Shown in pieces: positions 56,922-64,000 of a stretch of 64,000 nucleotides of DNA (its first letter is position 1; each line of letters begins with the position of its first letter). The position numbers and the translations under genes are program-made. The notes below the pieces were generated by a model. The model was given only the letters and a program-made list of their open reading frames with translations, had not been told where the DNA came from and did not search any database. Location: the NCBI GenBank assembly GCA_050176815.1, contig JBFXHR010000012.1, positions 15 through 64,014 of the forward strand, in the 5' to 3' direction. The stretch is from Kiritimatiellia bacterium. GTDB taxonomy: Bacteria; Verrucomicrobiota; Kiritimatiellia; CAIQIC01; Lenti-01.

Positions 56922-57410
56922 CTACTCCGCGTCCGCGGACGCCCCGGCCATCTTCTCCGCCACGACCTTCACCTTCAGCCGGCCCTTCACCTCGGGATGG
57001 AGGTGCAGCGCCGCCTCGTGGTCGCCCAGCGCCTTGAAGGCCTCGTACATCGCCAGCTGCTTCTTCGGCAGCGCGATCCCGTGGTCCGCCGCCAGCTTCG
57101 CCAGCACGTCCGCCGCGCTCACGGAGCCGAACAGCCGCCCGTCGGCGTTCGCCTTCACGGAGCAGACCACCGTCAGCTTCTCGAGCTTCTGCAGCAGGAC
57201 GTCGGCTTCGTCCTTTTCCTTCGCCAGGCGGATCGCCGCCTCGGCGCGCTTCTTCTCGATCAGCCGCTTGGTCCCGGCCGTCATCGTGACGGCGAGTTTC
57301 TTCGGGAAAAGGAAATTGCGCGCGTAGCCCGAGCGCACGCGGCAAGCGTCGCCGGAGCGGCCCAGCTCCGGAACGTCGTCCAGCAAAATCACTTCAATGG
57401 ATTTACCCAT
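56922..57410 (-). CDS. rplI: 50S ribosomal protein L9
   Basis: MGKSIEVILLDDVPELGRSGDACRVRSGYARNFLFPKKLA... canonical L9 N-domain. Confidence 0.85.
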   Translation of the reverse strand: MGKSIEVILLDDVPELGRSGDACRVRSGYARNFLFPKKLAVTMTAGTKRLIEKKRAEAAIRLAKEKDEADVLLQKLEKLTVVCSVKANADGRLFGSVSAADVLAKLAADHGIALPKKQLAMYEAFKALGDHEAALHLHPEVKGRLKVKVVAEKMAGASADAE

Positions 57411-57432
57411 GGCACACCTGTCTTTCCGCCGC

Positions 57433-57675
57433 CTACGGCAGCAATCCCATCGTCCGCGCCCGCCGCACGGCCCGTTTCACCTGGCGCTGCTGTTTCGAGT
57501 TCGCGCCCGTGATGCGGCCCGGCAGGATCTTGCCGCGTTCCGTCATGAACTTGCGCAGGAACTCGTAGTCCCGGTAGTCCACCACCTGGTCGGCCTTCAG
57601 CAGGCGCGTGCGCGTCCGCGCCAATTCGTCCGTCTTGTCGCGGCGGGGCGCCCGTTTCGTCTTTTTCTTGATCAT
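57433..57675 (-). CDS. rpsR: 30S ribosomal protein S18
   Basis: ...DYRDYEFLRKFMTERGKILPGRITGANSKQQRQVKRAVRRARTMGLLP. Confidence 0.9.
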   Translation of the reverse strand: MIKKKTKRAPRRDKTDELARTRTRLLKADQVVDYRDYEFLRKFMTERGKILPGRITGANSKQQRQVKRAVRRARTMGLLP

Positions 57676-57693
57676 ATGCTTGTTGCTCCGTGT

Positions 57694-58146
57694 TTAAAAG
57701 GGAATTTCCTCGTCGTCCGCCGGTTTCGACAGCGGCTCATCGAACGCCGCGGGGGCGGCGGCCGCCGCCGCGGGCCCCGGCGCCGCCGCGTCGCGCACCG
57801 CGCCGTCGCGGCGCGGGCCGCTCAGGAACTGGACGCGGTCCGCGCGCACCTTCAGGCGCGAGCGCTTCTGGCCGGTTTCCTTGTCGTCCCACTGGTCCAT
57901 TTGCAGGCGGCCTTCCACGAAGACCGGCGAGCCCTTGGAGAGGTACTGCTGGCAGGTTTCCGCCTGGCGGTCCCACACGTCCACGTCGAGGAACACCGTC
58001 CGTTCCACGCGTTCGCCGCTCTTGTTCTGGAACGACTCGCTCACCGCCAGCCGCAGCGTGGAGACCGCCGTGCCCGACGGAATCCGGCGCAGCTCGGGAT
58101 CCTGGGTCAGGTTCCCGATCAGCAGCACTTTATTCAGCGACGCCAT
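57694..58146 (-). CDS. ssb: Single-stranded DNA-binding protein
   Basis: MASLNKVLLIGNLTQDPELRRIPSGTAVSTLRLAVSE... OB fold. Acidic tail ...DDEEIPF. Confidence 0.9.
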   Translation of the reverse strand: MASLNKVLLIGNLTQDPELRRIPSGTAVSTLRLAVSESFQNKSGERVERTVFLDVDVWDRQAETCQQYLSKGSPVFVEGRLQMDQWDDKETGQKRSRLKVRADRVQFLSGPRRDGAVRDAAAPGPAAAAAAPAAFDEPLSKPADDEEIPF

Positions 58147-58465
58147 CGCCCGTTCCCTTCTTCTTCGCCAGGGGCACCACGGCCGGGGCCGAGACCACCT
58201 GCACGCGGAACACCTGGTCGTTCAGCTTCAGCCGCGCCAGCAGCGCCGCCACCTTGTCGCCCGCCAGCTGGAAGGCCACCAGGCCGTAGTGCCCGCTGGT
58301 CTGCTTCTGCATCGGCCGCGCGAACTCCCGCTTGCCCAGCCGCGTGCTGCTCGTCATCTTGCCGTCCAGCTTCTCGATTTCCGCGCGGACCGCCTCGACG
58401 GCGCCGTCCCATTCCGTATCCTTCAGGGATTCCCGAAAGATGACCATTGCCTCGTATTTATTCAC
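58130..58465 (-). CDS. rpsF: 30S ribosomal protein S6, GTG start
   Basis: MNKYEAMVIFRES... aligns to the S6 N-terminus (MRHYEIVFMV...). GTG start preceded by aggagg at a 6-nt spacing. The 3' end overlaps the ssb start by 17 nt. Confidence 0.75.
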   Translation of the reverse strand: MNKYEAMVIFRESLKDTEWDGAVEAVRAEIEKLDGKMTSSTRLGKREFARPMQKQTSGHYGLVAFQLAGDKVAALLARLKLNDQVFRVQVVSAPAVVPLAKKKGTGDGVAE

Positions 58466-58476
58466 CTCATGCCTCC

Positions 58477-59040
58477 TCAATTGTATTCGTTCATCGCGAC
58501 GTCCACGCCGCGGACCAGAACGCACTCCAGGGCATCCGCCGCCCGCGCCGCCGCTTCCGCCAGCGCCCGGCGATCCCCGGAATCCATCCGCTCCAGCACG
58601 TGATCTTTCAAACTCTTTCCTTCTTCCTGCTCTCCGACGCCCACGCGGACCCGGACGAACGCTTCGGACCCGATCCGCTCGATCACCGACTTCAGCCCGT
58701 TGTGGCCGCCCGCGCCGCCCTGGGCGCGGATCCGCAACTTGCCCAGCGGCAGGTTGACGTCGTCGGCCACGACGATCAAGTCCTTTGCGGCCAGCCCCGC
58801 GGGGCGCATCAGCGCCGGCAGGACGTTCCCGCTCAGGTTCATGTACGTCGTCGGCTTCGCCAGCAGCAGGTTTCCGGCGCCGTCCAGCGCGGCCTTGGCG
58901 GTCTGGACCGGGCGGCACCACGAGCGGCGGAACGCCGCCCCGCGGCGCCGCGCAAACTCGTCGAGGACCTGCCACCCGGCATTGTGCCGGGTATGCTCGT
59001 AGGCCCGTCCGGGATTGCCCAGTCCCACCACCAGTTTCAT
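58477..59040 (-). CDS. pth: Peptidyl-tRNA hydrolase
   Basis: MKLVVGLGNPGRAYEHTRHNAGW...VVADDVNLPLGKLRIRAQGGAGGHNGLKS. Confidence 0.9.
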   Translation of the reverse strand: MKLVVGLGNPGRAYEHTRHNAGWQVLDEFARRRGAAFRRSWCRPVQTAKAALDGAGNLLLAKPTTYMNLSGNVLPALMRPAGLAAKDLIVVADDVNLPLGKLRIRAQGGAGGHNGLKSVIERIGSEAFVRVRVGVGEQEEGKSLKDHVLERMDSGDRRALAEAAARAADALECVLVRGVDVAMNEYN

Positions 59041-59072
59041 GCGCGCAACGCGTCTCCCGCCGCTTCAGGCGG

Positions 59073-59822
59073 CTACTTCTTCTCCTTCTTCTTCTCTTCC
59101 TTGGCGGCTTCCTTGGCGGCCGGGGCGCCCTTGGCTTCCTTGCCCTTCTCCGCGCCCTCCGCGCCTTCTTCCTCTTCCTTCTTCTCCGTCAGCACTTCCG
59201 GTCCGCCGGCGGCGGTCGCGGCCTCGGCGTCCGTCTCGGCCTTCTCTTCTTCCTCCGTGCGCGGCGCGGCGACGGCGGCGACCACCTGGTCGGGGTCGTC
59301 CTTCACCTTGTACTTCTCCGCGTCGATCGGCACGTCGCGCACGCGCAGCGTCTTGCCGATGGAGAGGCCGGACACGTCCAGGGCCACTTCCTCGATCAGG
59401 TCGGCCGGCAGGCACTGCACCGTCAGGGCGCGCAGCACGTGTTCCAGGATGCCGCCTTCGTTGGCGACGCCCGTCGGAATGCCCGTGAGCTTGACCGGCA
59501 CTTCGATCTCGATCTTGCGGGTCATGGAAATCTCGTAGAAGTCCACGTGGATGACCCGGCCCGTGATCGGGTGGTGCTGCATCGCCTTGAGCATGACCTT
59601 GTAGGGTTTCTCCGCGCCTTCCACCGCCAGATCCACGATCATGTTCTCGCTGCGGTGGCTCCGCAGCATCATCACGAAATCGTGCTCGTTGAGCTGGATG
59701 TCCAGGCCGGGGCGCCCTTCGCCGTACACCACCGCCGGGAAAAACCCCGTGCGGCGGAGGCGTCCCGCCGCCGAGCTGCCCTTGCAGGCGCGGGTCTGGG
59801 CTGTCAGTTTCGTCTCTTTCAT
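59073..59822 (-). CDS. rplY: 50S ribosomal protein L25 / general stress protein Ctc form
   Basis: MKETKLTAQTR...GFFPAVVYGEG...HPITGRVIHVDFYEI, with a Lys/Glu-rich acidic/basic tail. Start at ATG 59822. Confidence 0.85.
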   Translation of the reverse strand: MKETKLTAQTRACKGSSAAGRLRRTGFFPAVVYGEGRPGLDIQLNEHDFVMMLRSHRSENMIVDLAVEGAEKPYKVMLKAMQHHPITGRVIHVDFYEISMTRKIEIEVPVKLTGIPTGVANEGGILEHVLRALTVQCLPADLIEEVALDVSGLSIGKTLRVRDVPIDAEKYKVKDDPDQVVAAVAAPRTEEEEKAETDAEAATAAGGPEVLTEKKEEEEGAEGAEKGKEAKGAPAAKEAAKEEKKKEKK

Positions 59823-60781
59823 TGCGTTCTCCCTTGATGAATCTCGAACAGCTTGGAGACCGATTCGTCCCCGTAAATCCTTTTGATCGCGTCCCCGAGC
59901 AGGTCCGCCACCGTCAGCACCGTCAGCGGATATCCGTCCCAGCCCGGCTGCGGCGGAATCGTGTCCGTCGTGATCAGCTCTTCGATGGCCGATTCCTTCA
60001 GCCGCTGGATGCCCAGCGCGGTGATCGGGCAATGGCTCACCACCGCCCGCACCGATCTCGCCCCGTGGTCCTTCGCCATCTTGGCCGCCGCGCACAGCGT
60101 CCCCGCCGTCGTCGTCATGTCGTCGGTCAGGACGCAATCCTTCCCCTTCACGTCGCCCACCAGTTCGATCGCCTCGACTTCCGTCGCGGACGTCCGGTGT
60201 TTGCCCGCCAGCGCCAGCCCCGCGTCCAGCATCTGGGAATAGGAATAGGCCATTTTGAGCCCGCCCGGATCCGGCGCCACCACCACGCGGTTTTTCGCCG
60301 GCAGTTTTCCGCGCAGGTAGCGCACGATCAGCGGCGCCGCGTAGAGATGGTCCACGGGAATGTCGAAAAAGCCCTGGATCTGGGGCGAATGCAAATCGAT
60401 CGTCAGGACGCGGTTCACCCCCGCCGCCACCAGGAGGTTGGCCACCAGTTTCGCGGAAATCGGCACGCGGGAGCGGTCCTTGCGGTCCTGCCGCGCGTAC
60501 GCGAAGAACGGCATCACCGCCGTGATCCGCTTGGCCGACGCCCGCCGCGCCGCGTCCGCCATGATCAGCAGTTCCATCAGGAATTCGTTCGGCTGCATCC
60601 CCGTCGGCTGCACGATGAACACGTCGCGCCCCCGCACCGTTTCCTCGTAGGTCACGGAAATCTCGCCGTCGGGGAACCGCCCGATGCTCGCCACGCTCAA
60701 CGGAATGCCGACCCGCGCCGCGATCTTCTCCGCCAGCGGCCGGTTCGCATTTCCCGCGAAAATCTTGATGTGGTTTTCCAT
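59819..60781 (-). CDS. prs: Ribose-phosphate pyrophosphokinase
   Basis: MENHIKIFAGNANRPLAEKIA...GEISV...DLHSPQIQGFFDIPVDHL...VLTDDMTTTAGTL (PRPP-binding loop). Start at ATG 60781. 4-nt overlap with the rplY start. Confidence 0.9.
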   Translation of the reverse strand: MENHIKIFAGNANRPLAEKIAARVGIPLSVASIGRFPDGEISVTYEETVRGRDVFIVQPTGMQPNEFLMELLIMADAARRASAKRITAVMPFFAYARQDRKDRSRVPISAKLVANLLVAAGVNRVLTIDLHSPQIQGFFDIPVDHLYAAPLIVRYLRGKLPAKNRVVVAPDPGGLKMAYSYSQMLDAGLALAGKHRTSATEVEAIELVGDVKGKDCVLTDDMTTTAGTLCAAAKMAKDHGARSVRAVVSHCPITALGIQRLKESAIEELITTDTIPPQPGWDGYPLTVLTVADLLGDAIKRIYGDESVSKLFEIHQGRTQ

Positions 60782-60819
60782 GTTCGTCCAGCTCCGTCCG
60801 TTTCTTCTCTCCGGCGCAA

Positions 60820-60893
60820 TGGTTGCCCGACAAGGATTCGAACCTTGACTCTGGCCTCCAAAGGGCCGTGTGCTGCCATTACACCATCGGGCA
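60820..60893 (-). tRNA. tRNA-Gln (anticodon TTG)
   Basis: Reverse complement TGCCCGA-TG-GTGT-AATGGCA-GCAC-A-CGGCC-CTTTGGA-GGCCA-GAGTC-AAGG-TTCGAAT-CCTTG-TCGGGCA-A-CCA. Cloverleaf with anticodon loop cuUUGga. Sits directly upstream of prs. Confidence 0.7.
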
Positions 60894-61099
60894 ATGCGTT
60901 CGATGGCATTCCTCGATCGCGCGACGGCAGCCCCACCGGGCGCCGCGCCCGACCGCGACAAAGATCAAAACGGTTCCGCCCCTCGGCGGATTCCTTCCAA
61001 AAACCCGCGCACCATACCCATCCCCCTTTTAAAAGTCAACCCCCCCGTTCCCGCCGACCAAAACGAACGGCGCATCGGTTCCCCGGAGGGAAGCCATCC

Positions 61100-61182
61100 G
61101 GATTCATGGCAGGGACGGATCTCCGAGCCGTCCGGGCTGTTGGATTGGATTCGGACGCCTCGGAGAGGCATCCCTACCTGTA
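61100..61182. repeat. Degenerate copy of the REP-like palindromic element family
   Basis: ggcaggGACGGATCtccGAGCCGTCCgggctgttggattggattcGGACGCCTCggaGAGGCATCCctacc. Same two-hairpin architecture with a few mismatches. Confidence 0.45.
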
Positions 61183-61414
61183 AATCCAGTCCGGGCGGGA
61201 CGACCTCATGCGATTCGGCGCCATTCCGGAACTGGAGGGGCAACCTCCGTGTTGCCCGCCTGGGAACCGGCCGCCCCCCGTACGTAGTCCACGCTTTAGC
61301 GTGCGGCTCAAAACGCCAGCGGCGGCCCGAAACCGGCCGCCCGCCAGTTTTCTCTTGCTCCCCGCCGCGGACCGACTATAGTCCCCCTGTTTTGTCGCCT
61401 AAGGCGGACGAGAC

Positions 61415-61491
61415 CGGGGCGTGGCTCAGCCTGGTAGAGCGCTTGGTTCGGGACCAAGAAGTCGCTGGTTCAAATCCAGTCGCCCCGACCA
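61415..61491 (+). tRNA. tRNA-Pro (anticodon CGG), CCA encoded
   Basis: CGGGGCG acceptor, GCTCAGCCTGGTAGAGC D-arm, anticodon arm CTTGG-TTCGGGA-CCAAG (anticodon CGG), T-arm GCTGG-TTCAAAT-CCAGT. Closely resembles E. coli proK. Confidence 0.85.
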
Positions 61492-61702
61492 TTTTTCCGA
61501 ACGCGGAATTATGGCCCACATTTTCCACGGGCCGATGAATTCCACTCGCAGGCGCGGCGGCAGGTTTCCTCTATTGCTCACCCGATGCGGCCACCACTTT
61601 TCCACGGCGGACAGATCGGGGGCGGCGCTCCTGCCTTTGGCTGGGCAAGCGGTTTCGGGCGCGGCGCGACGGATGCGGGCGGCGCGATTTGTGCGGCTGG
61701 CG

Positions 61703-61848
61703 TCCAACGAGTTGCAAAACGGCGCACCCCTACGGATTTCCGAGGTCGGCGGCGGGGTCGGGAGGTCGGCGCGAGCGGCAAGGCCGCCGCGCCGAGCGGC
61801 AGGGTCGGCTTTCTGGCCCGCTGGTTCCAAAGGGGGGGGCATCTCTGC
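61703..61848. repeat. Left copy of an inverted repeat of at least 140 bp (partner at 63858..64000)
   Basis: The reverse complement of 61703-61848 matches 63858-64000 with about 1 mismatch. The peptide MPPPLEPAGQKADPAARRGGLAARADLPTPPPTSEIRRGAPF is encoded by both copies on opposite strands. Confidence 0.7.
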
Positions 61849-62154
61849 GCGCTTCGCTTGCCGCCGTCGGTAGCGTCAAAGCCGCCCCACTTCCCGCCCT
61901 TGGCGTTCGTTCCTCACACGCGGGCGGGAGCGGTGCTGACCTTGCCGCCTTCCCTGATCTACTCATAAAAATGGGCGGAATGATGCAGCATAAAGGCATC
62001 TTTGAATAAGCCCCAAATGATTCCACCCATTTTTACCGGGGGCGCGACGATTCCAGCGCATCTGCGTCGTTGCGAAAGGCTCGCAGTAGTGATCTACAGC
62101 ATCGCTTTCGACGCCTCGCATCTACGCCGGACTTATCGCGTGCCTAGATCAGGG

Positions 62155-62412
62155 CTAAAAGCCCGCTTCCCTGATTACATCGCTGGCGCGACACCCCAGG
62201 GCTTCCCCGAATCTGGCGACCATTTCCACCGTTACATTGTATTCCCCGCGCTCGACGAGGCCGACATAGTTGCGGTGACAGTCGATTTTCTCGGCCAGCT
62301 CTTCTTGTGAAAACCCGAGGGCTTCCCGCTTCTTGCGCAGGGCCATGCCTAGCTTGAGCCGATGGGCTTTGTTTGCCTTGGTGGTTTTCACACTTGCAAG
62401 AACAGCATACAT
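62155..62412 (-). CDS. XRE-family helix-turn-helix transcriptional regulator (Cro/CI-like)
   Basis: LKLGMALRKKREALGFSQEELAEKIDCHRNYVGLVERGEYNVTVEMVARFGEALG, a canonical HTH_XRE. Divergent from the recombinase gene with a 48-bp AT-richer spacer. Confidence 0.7.
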   Translation of the reverse strand: MYAVLASVKTTKANKAHRLKLGMALRKKREALGFSQEELAEKIDCHRNYVGLVERGEYNVTVEMVARFGEALGCRASDVIREAGF

Positions 62413-62460
62413 GTGCGCAAATATCTACATAGTATTCATGTGCTCACAAGAGGGGTGAAA

Positions 62461-64000
62461 ATGAAAGTGTTTCTTTACGCGCGGAAAAGCACGGACGACG
62501 AAGAGCGGCAGATCCTTTCGATTGATGCGCAGCGAAACGAACTGCGCGAATACGCCGCCAAGCAGGGGCTTGAAATCGTCTTTGAATTCGTGGAATCCAT
62601 GACCGCCAAGGAGCCGGGGCGACCGATCTTCAACGATATGCTTTCGAGGGTGGAGAAGGGCGAAGCGGAGGCACTTTTGGCGTGGCATCCCGACCGCCTC
62701 GCGCGCAATAGCGTGGACGGCGGGAAAATCATCTGGCTGGTGGACACGGGCAAACTGACGGCTCTAAAATTTCCCGCGTTTTGGTTTGAGAATACGCCGC
62801 AGGGAAAATTTGTTCTCAATATGGCGTTCGGTCAGTCGAAATATTATGTGGATGCGCTCTCGGAGAATGTGCGGCGCGGCATGCGGGAAAAGATACGGCG
62901 GGGCGTCTATCCGCACAAGCCACCCCTGGGCTATGTGAACGAGCCGCGCCTGCGTACCATCGAAATCCACCAGCAGAAAGCCCCGCTGGTCCGGCGAATG
63001 TTCGAGACCTACGCGACGGGACGGCAAAACTTCGACCAGATGACCGACCTTGCCGCGCAGTGGGGGCTTTTAAGCCATCAGGAAAGGCCGCTGGCCCGCA
63101 GCATGATTCCGATTATTCTCTCGGATCGGTTTTACATCGGGTTTTTCAAGTGGCGGGGCGACGAATACGAAGGGAAGCACGAGCCCTTGGTTTCCGTGGA
63201 TCTGTTCGAGCGCGTGCAACGGGTTTTGGGGGATCGGGGCCGGGGCCGCTACAAAACCAAGGATGTCCCGCGCGAATTGGCCTTCATGGGCTTTGTGCGT
63301 TGCGACGAATGCGGCGCCAGCGTGACGGCGGAGCGGCAGAAGGGACTGCATTACTACCGCTGCACCAAGAAACTCGGTGCCTGCAGGCTTACGGGGTATA
63401 TCCGCGAGGAATATCTTGCGGGACTGATGCGCGAGAAAATCCGCACGGTCGCCATTTCCGACGAGTGGGCCGAGTTGATGCTGGCTCAAATCGAAGTTTG
63501 GCAGCGCGAGGGTGCCGACCGCGTTGCAGTGGCGGGGCAACGCCACCGCAACCGCCTTGCAGAGATTGAAACGAAGGTCAAACGCCTGCTGGATGTATTC
63601 CTGGAGGGGACCATCACGCGGGAGGATTATGCCGCGCGAAAGGCCGAATTTTTCACCGAGAAAGCCGTTTTGCGCGAAAAAATCGCTCAAATCGAGTCCA
63701 CGGGAGGGTTCTGGCTCGAACCTCTCGAAAATTTCGTGAAAACCGCGAATTTGGCCGAAAAAACGGCATTTTCGGACGATTTTTCAAAAATTCGCGCGTT
63801 TTTTGAAAAAATCGGCTCGAACCTCTTCCTCTACCAGCCGAAAACGGACGAAAACGAAGCCGAAAACCGGATGCCCCCCCCTTTGGAACCAGCGGGCCAG
63901 AAAGCCGACCCTGCCGCTCGGCGCGGCGGCCTTGCCGCACGCGCCGACCTCCCGACCCCGCCGCCGACCTCGGAAATCCGTAGGGGTGCGCCGTTTTGCA
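62461..64000 (+). CDS. Large serine recombinase (resolvase/invertase N-domain, recombinase domain, zinc-ribbon). 3' end is beyond the window.
   Basis: MKVFLYARKSTDDEERQILSIDAQRNEL... (catalytic Ser in YARKST), ...LLAWHPDRLARN (conserved R), recombinase-domain and Cys cluster CDECGASVTAERQKGLHYYRCTKKLGAC. The open frame continues to position 64000. It is not in the ORF track because no stop falls in the window. Confidence 0.85.
   Translation, partial: MKVFLYARKSTDDEERQILSIDAQRNELREYAAKQGLEIVFEFVESMTAKEPGRPIFNDMLSRVEKGEAEALLAWHPDRLARNSVDGGKIIWLVDTGKLTALKFPAFWFENTPQGKFVLNMAFGQSKYYVDALSENVRRGMREKIRRGVYPHKPPLGYVNEPRLRTIEIHQQKAPLVRRMFETYATGRQNFDQMTDLAAQWGLLSHQERPLARSMIPIILSDRFYIGFFKWRGDEYEGKHEPLVSVDLFERVQRVLGDRGRGRYKTKDVPRELAFMGFVRCDECGASVTAERQKGLHYYRCTKKLGACRLTGYIREEYLAGLMREKIRTVAISDEWAELMLAQIEVWQREGADRVAVAGQRHRNRLAEIETKVKRLLDVFLEGTITREDYAARKAEFFTEKAVLREKIAQIESTGGFWLEPLENFVKTANLAEKTAFSDDFSKIRAFFEKIGSNLFLYQPKTDENEAENRMPPPLEPAGQKADPAARRGGLAARADLPTPPPTSEIRRGAPFC
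63858..64000. repeat. Right copy of the inverted repeat of at least 140 bp (partner 61703..61848). Lies inside the recombinase 3' coding region and reaches the window edge.
   Basis: See the left copy. The repeat may extend beyond the window. Confidence 0.7.

Larger units (their letters stand above)
61492..64000. mobile_element. Putative tRNA-Pro-adjacent integrative or invertible element (XRE regulator plus large serine recombinase between long inverted repeats). Right boundary unknown.
   Basis: Position immediately 3' of tRNA-Pro, local GC drop (61850-62460), a divergent repressor-recombinase pair, and long inverted repeats. Confidence 0.4.

Noticed and set aside
60965-61243. 92-aa minus-strand ORF between tRNA-Gln and tRNA-Pro
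   Set aside because: Overlaps the degenerate REP element. No homology features. Likely spurious.
61426-61842. 138-aa minus-strand ORF (MPPPLEPAGQ...) overlapping tRNA-Pro
   Set aside because: It is the mirror image of the recombinase C-terminal tail created by the inverted repeat and runs antisense through a tRNA gene. Treated as a repeat consequence, not a gene.
62002-62310. 102-aa plus-strand ORF antisense to the XRE regulator
   Set aside because: Overlaps the well-supported HTH-XRE gene on the opposite strand. No motifs.

Overview
The window is high-GC bacterial chromosome (about 70% GC). Features such as BamA, PEP-CTERM, TPR-fused GT-C membrane proteins and REP/RAYT point to a Gram-negative lineage, possibly Verrucomicrobia/Kiritimatiellae-like; this lineage guess is inference only. 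The first ~1.4 kb is compositionally distinct (about 45-55% GC).

Content in order:
1. A truncated, low-GC OmpA-family gene.
2. A Hanks-type Ser/Thr kinase and a PAS-GAF-PAS sensor.
3. A four-gene minus-strand operon of polytopic GT-C-like membrane proteins: ArnT/PMT-like, a DUF2079-like protein, a PMT_2-like protein fused to a discoidin-like domain, and one more.
4. A DinG helicase and a SurA/PrsA-like parvulin lipoprotein.
5. A glycosylation cassette: two GT2 polyprenyl-phosphate-sugar synthase-like genes, an NAD-dependent epimerase, three paralogous TPR-fused GT-C (TMTC/PMT-like) genes and a PEP-CTERM protein. The cassette is interrupted by a REP-RAYT-REP unit. One REP copy sits in-frame inside a TMTC-like paralog, and a duplicated GT2 5' fragment lies upstream of another.
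6. A MarR-TolC-MFP-RND efflux operon, then a GT4 glycosyltransferase, a PagL-like lipid A deacylase and an AEC transporter.
7. An OppF-patatin-hypothetical-fmt operon, followed by alaS.
8. An exopolysaccharide export locus (WaaL-like/TPR, Wza, Wzc) plus an outer-membrane barrel protein.
9. An FHA protein and a pseudopilin, then tRNA-Leu.
10. A conserved core cluster: bamA-dnaB-rplI-rpsR-ssb-rpsF-pth-rplY-prs-tRNA-Gln.
11. tRNA-Pro, followed by an element with an XRE regulator and a large serine recombinase, flanked by inverted repeats of at least 140 bp. This element runs off the window end.

No CRISPR array or rRNA was seen. Many long ORFs in the six-frame track are GC-rich antisense or alternative-frame artifacts and are not reported as features.
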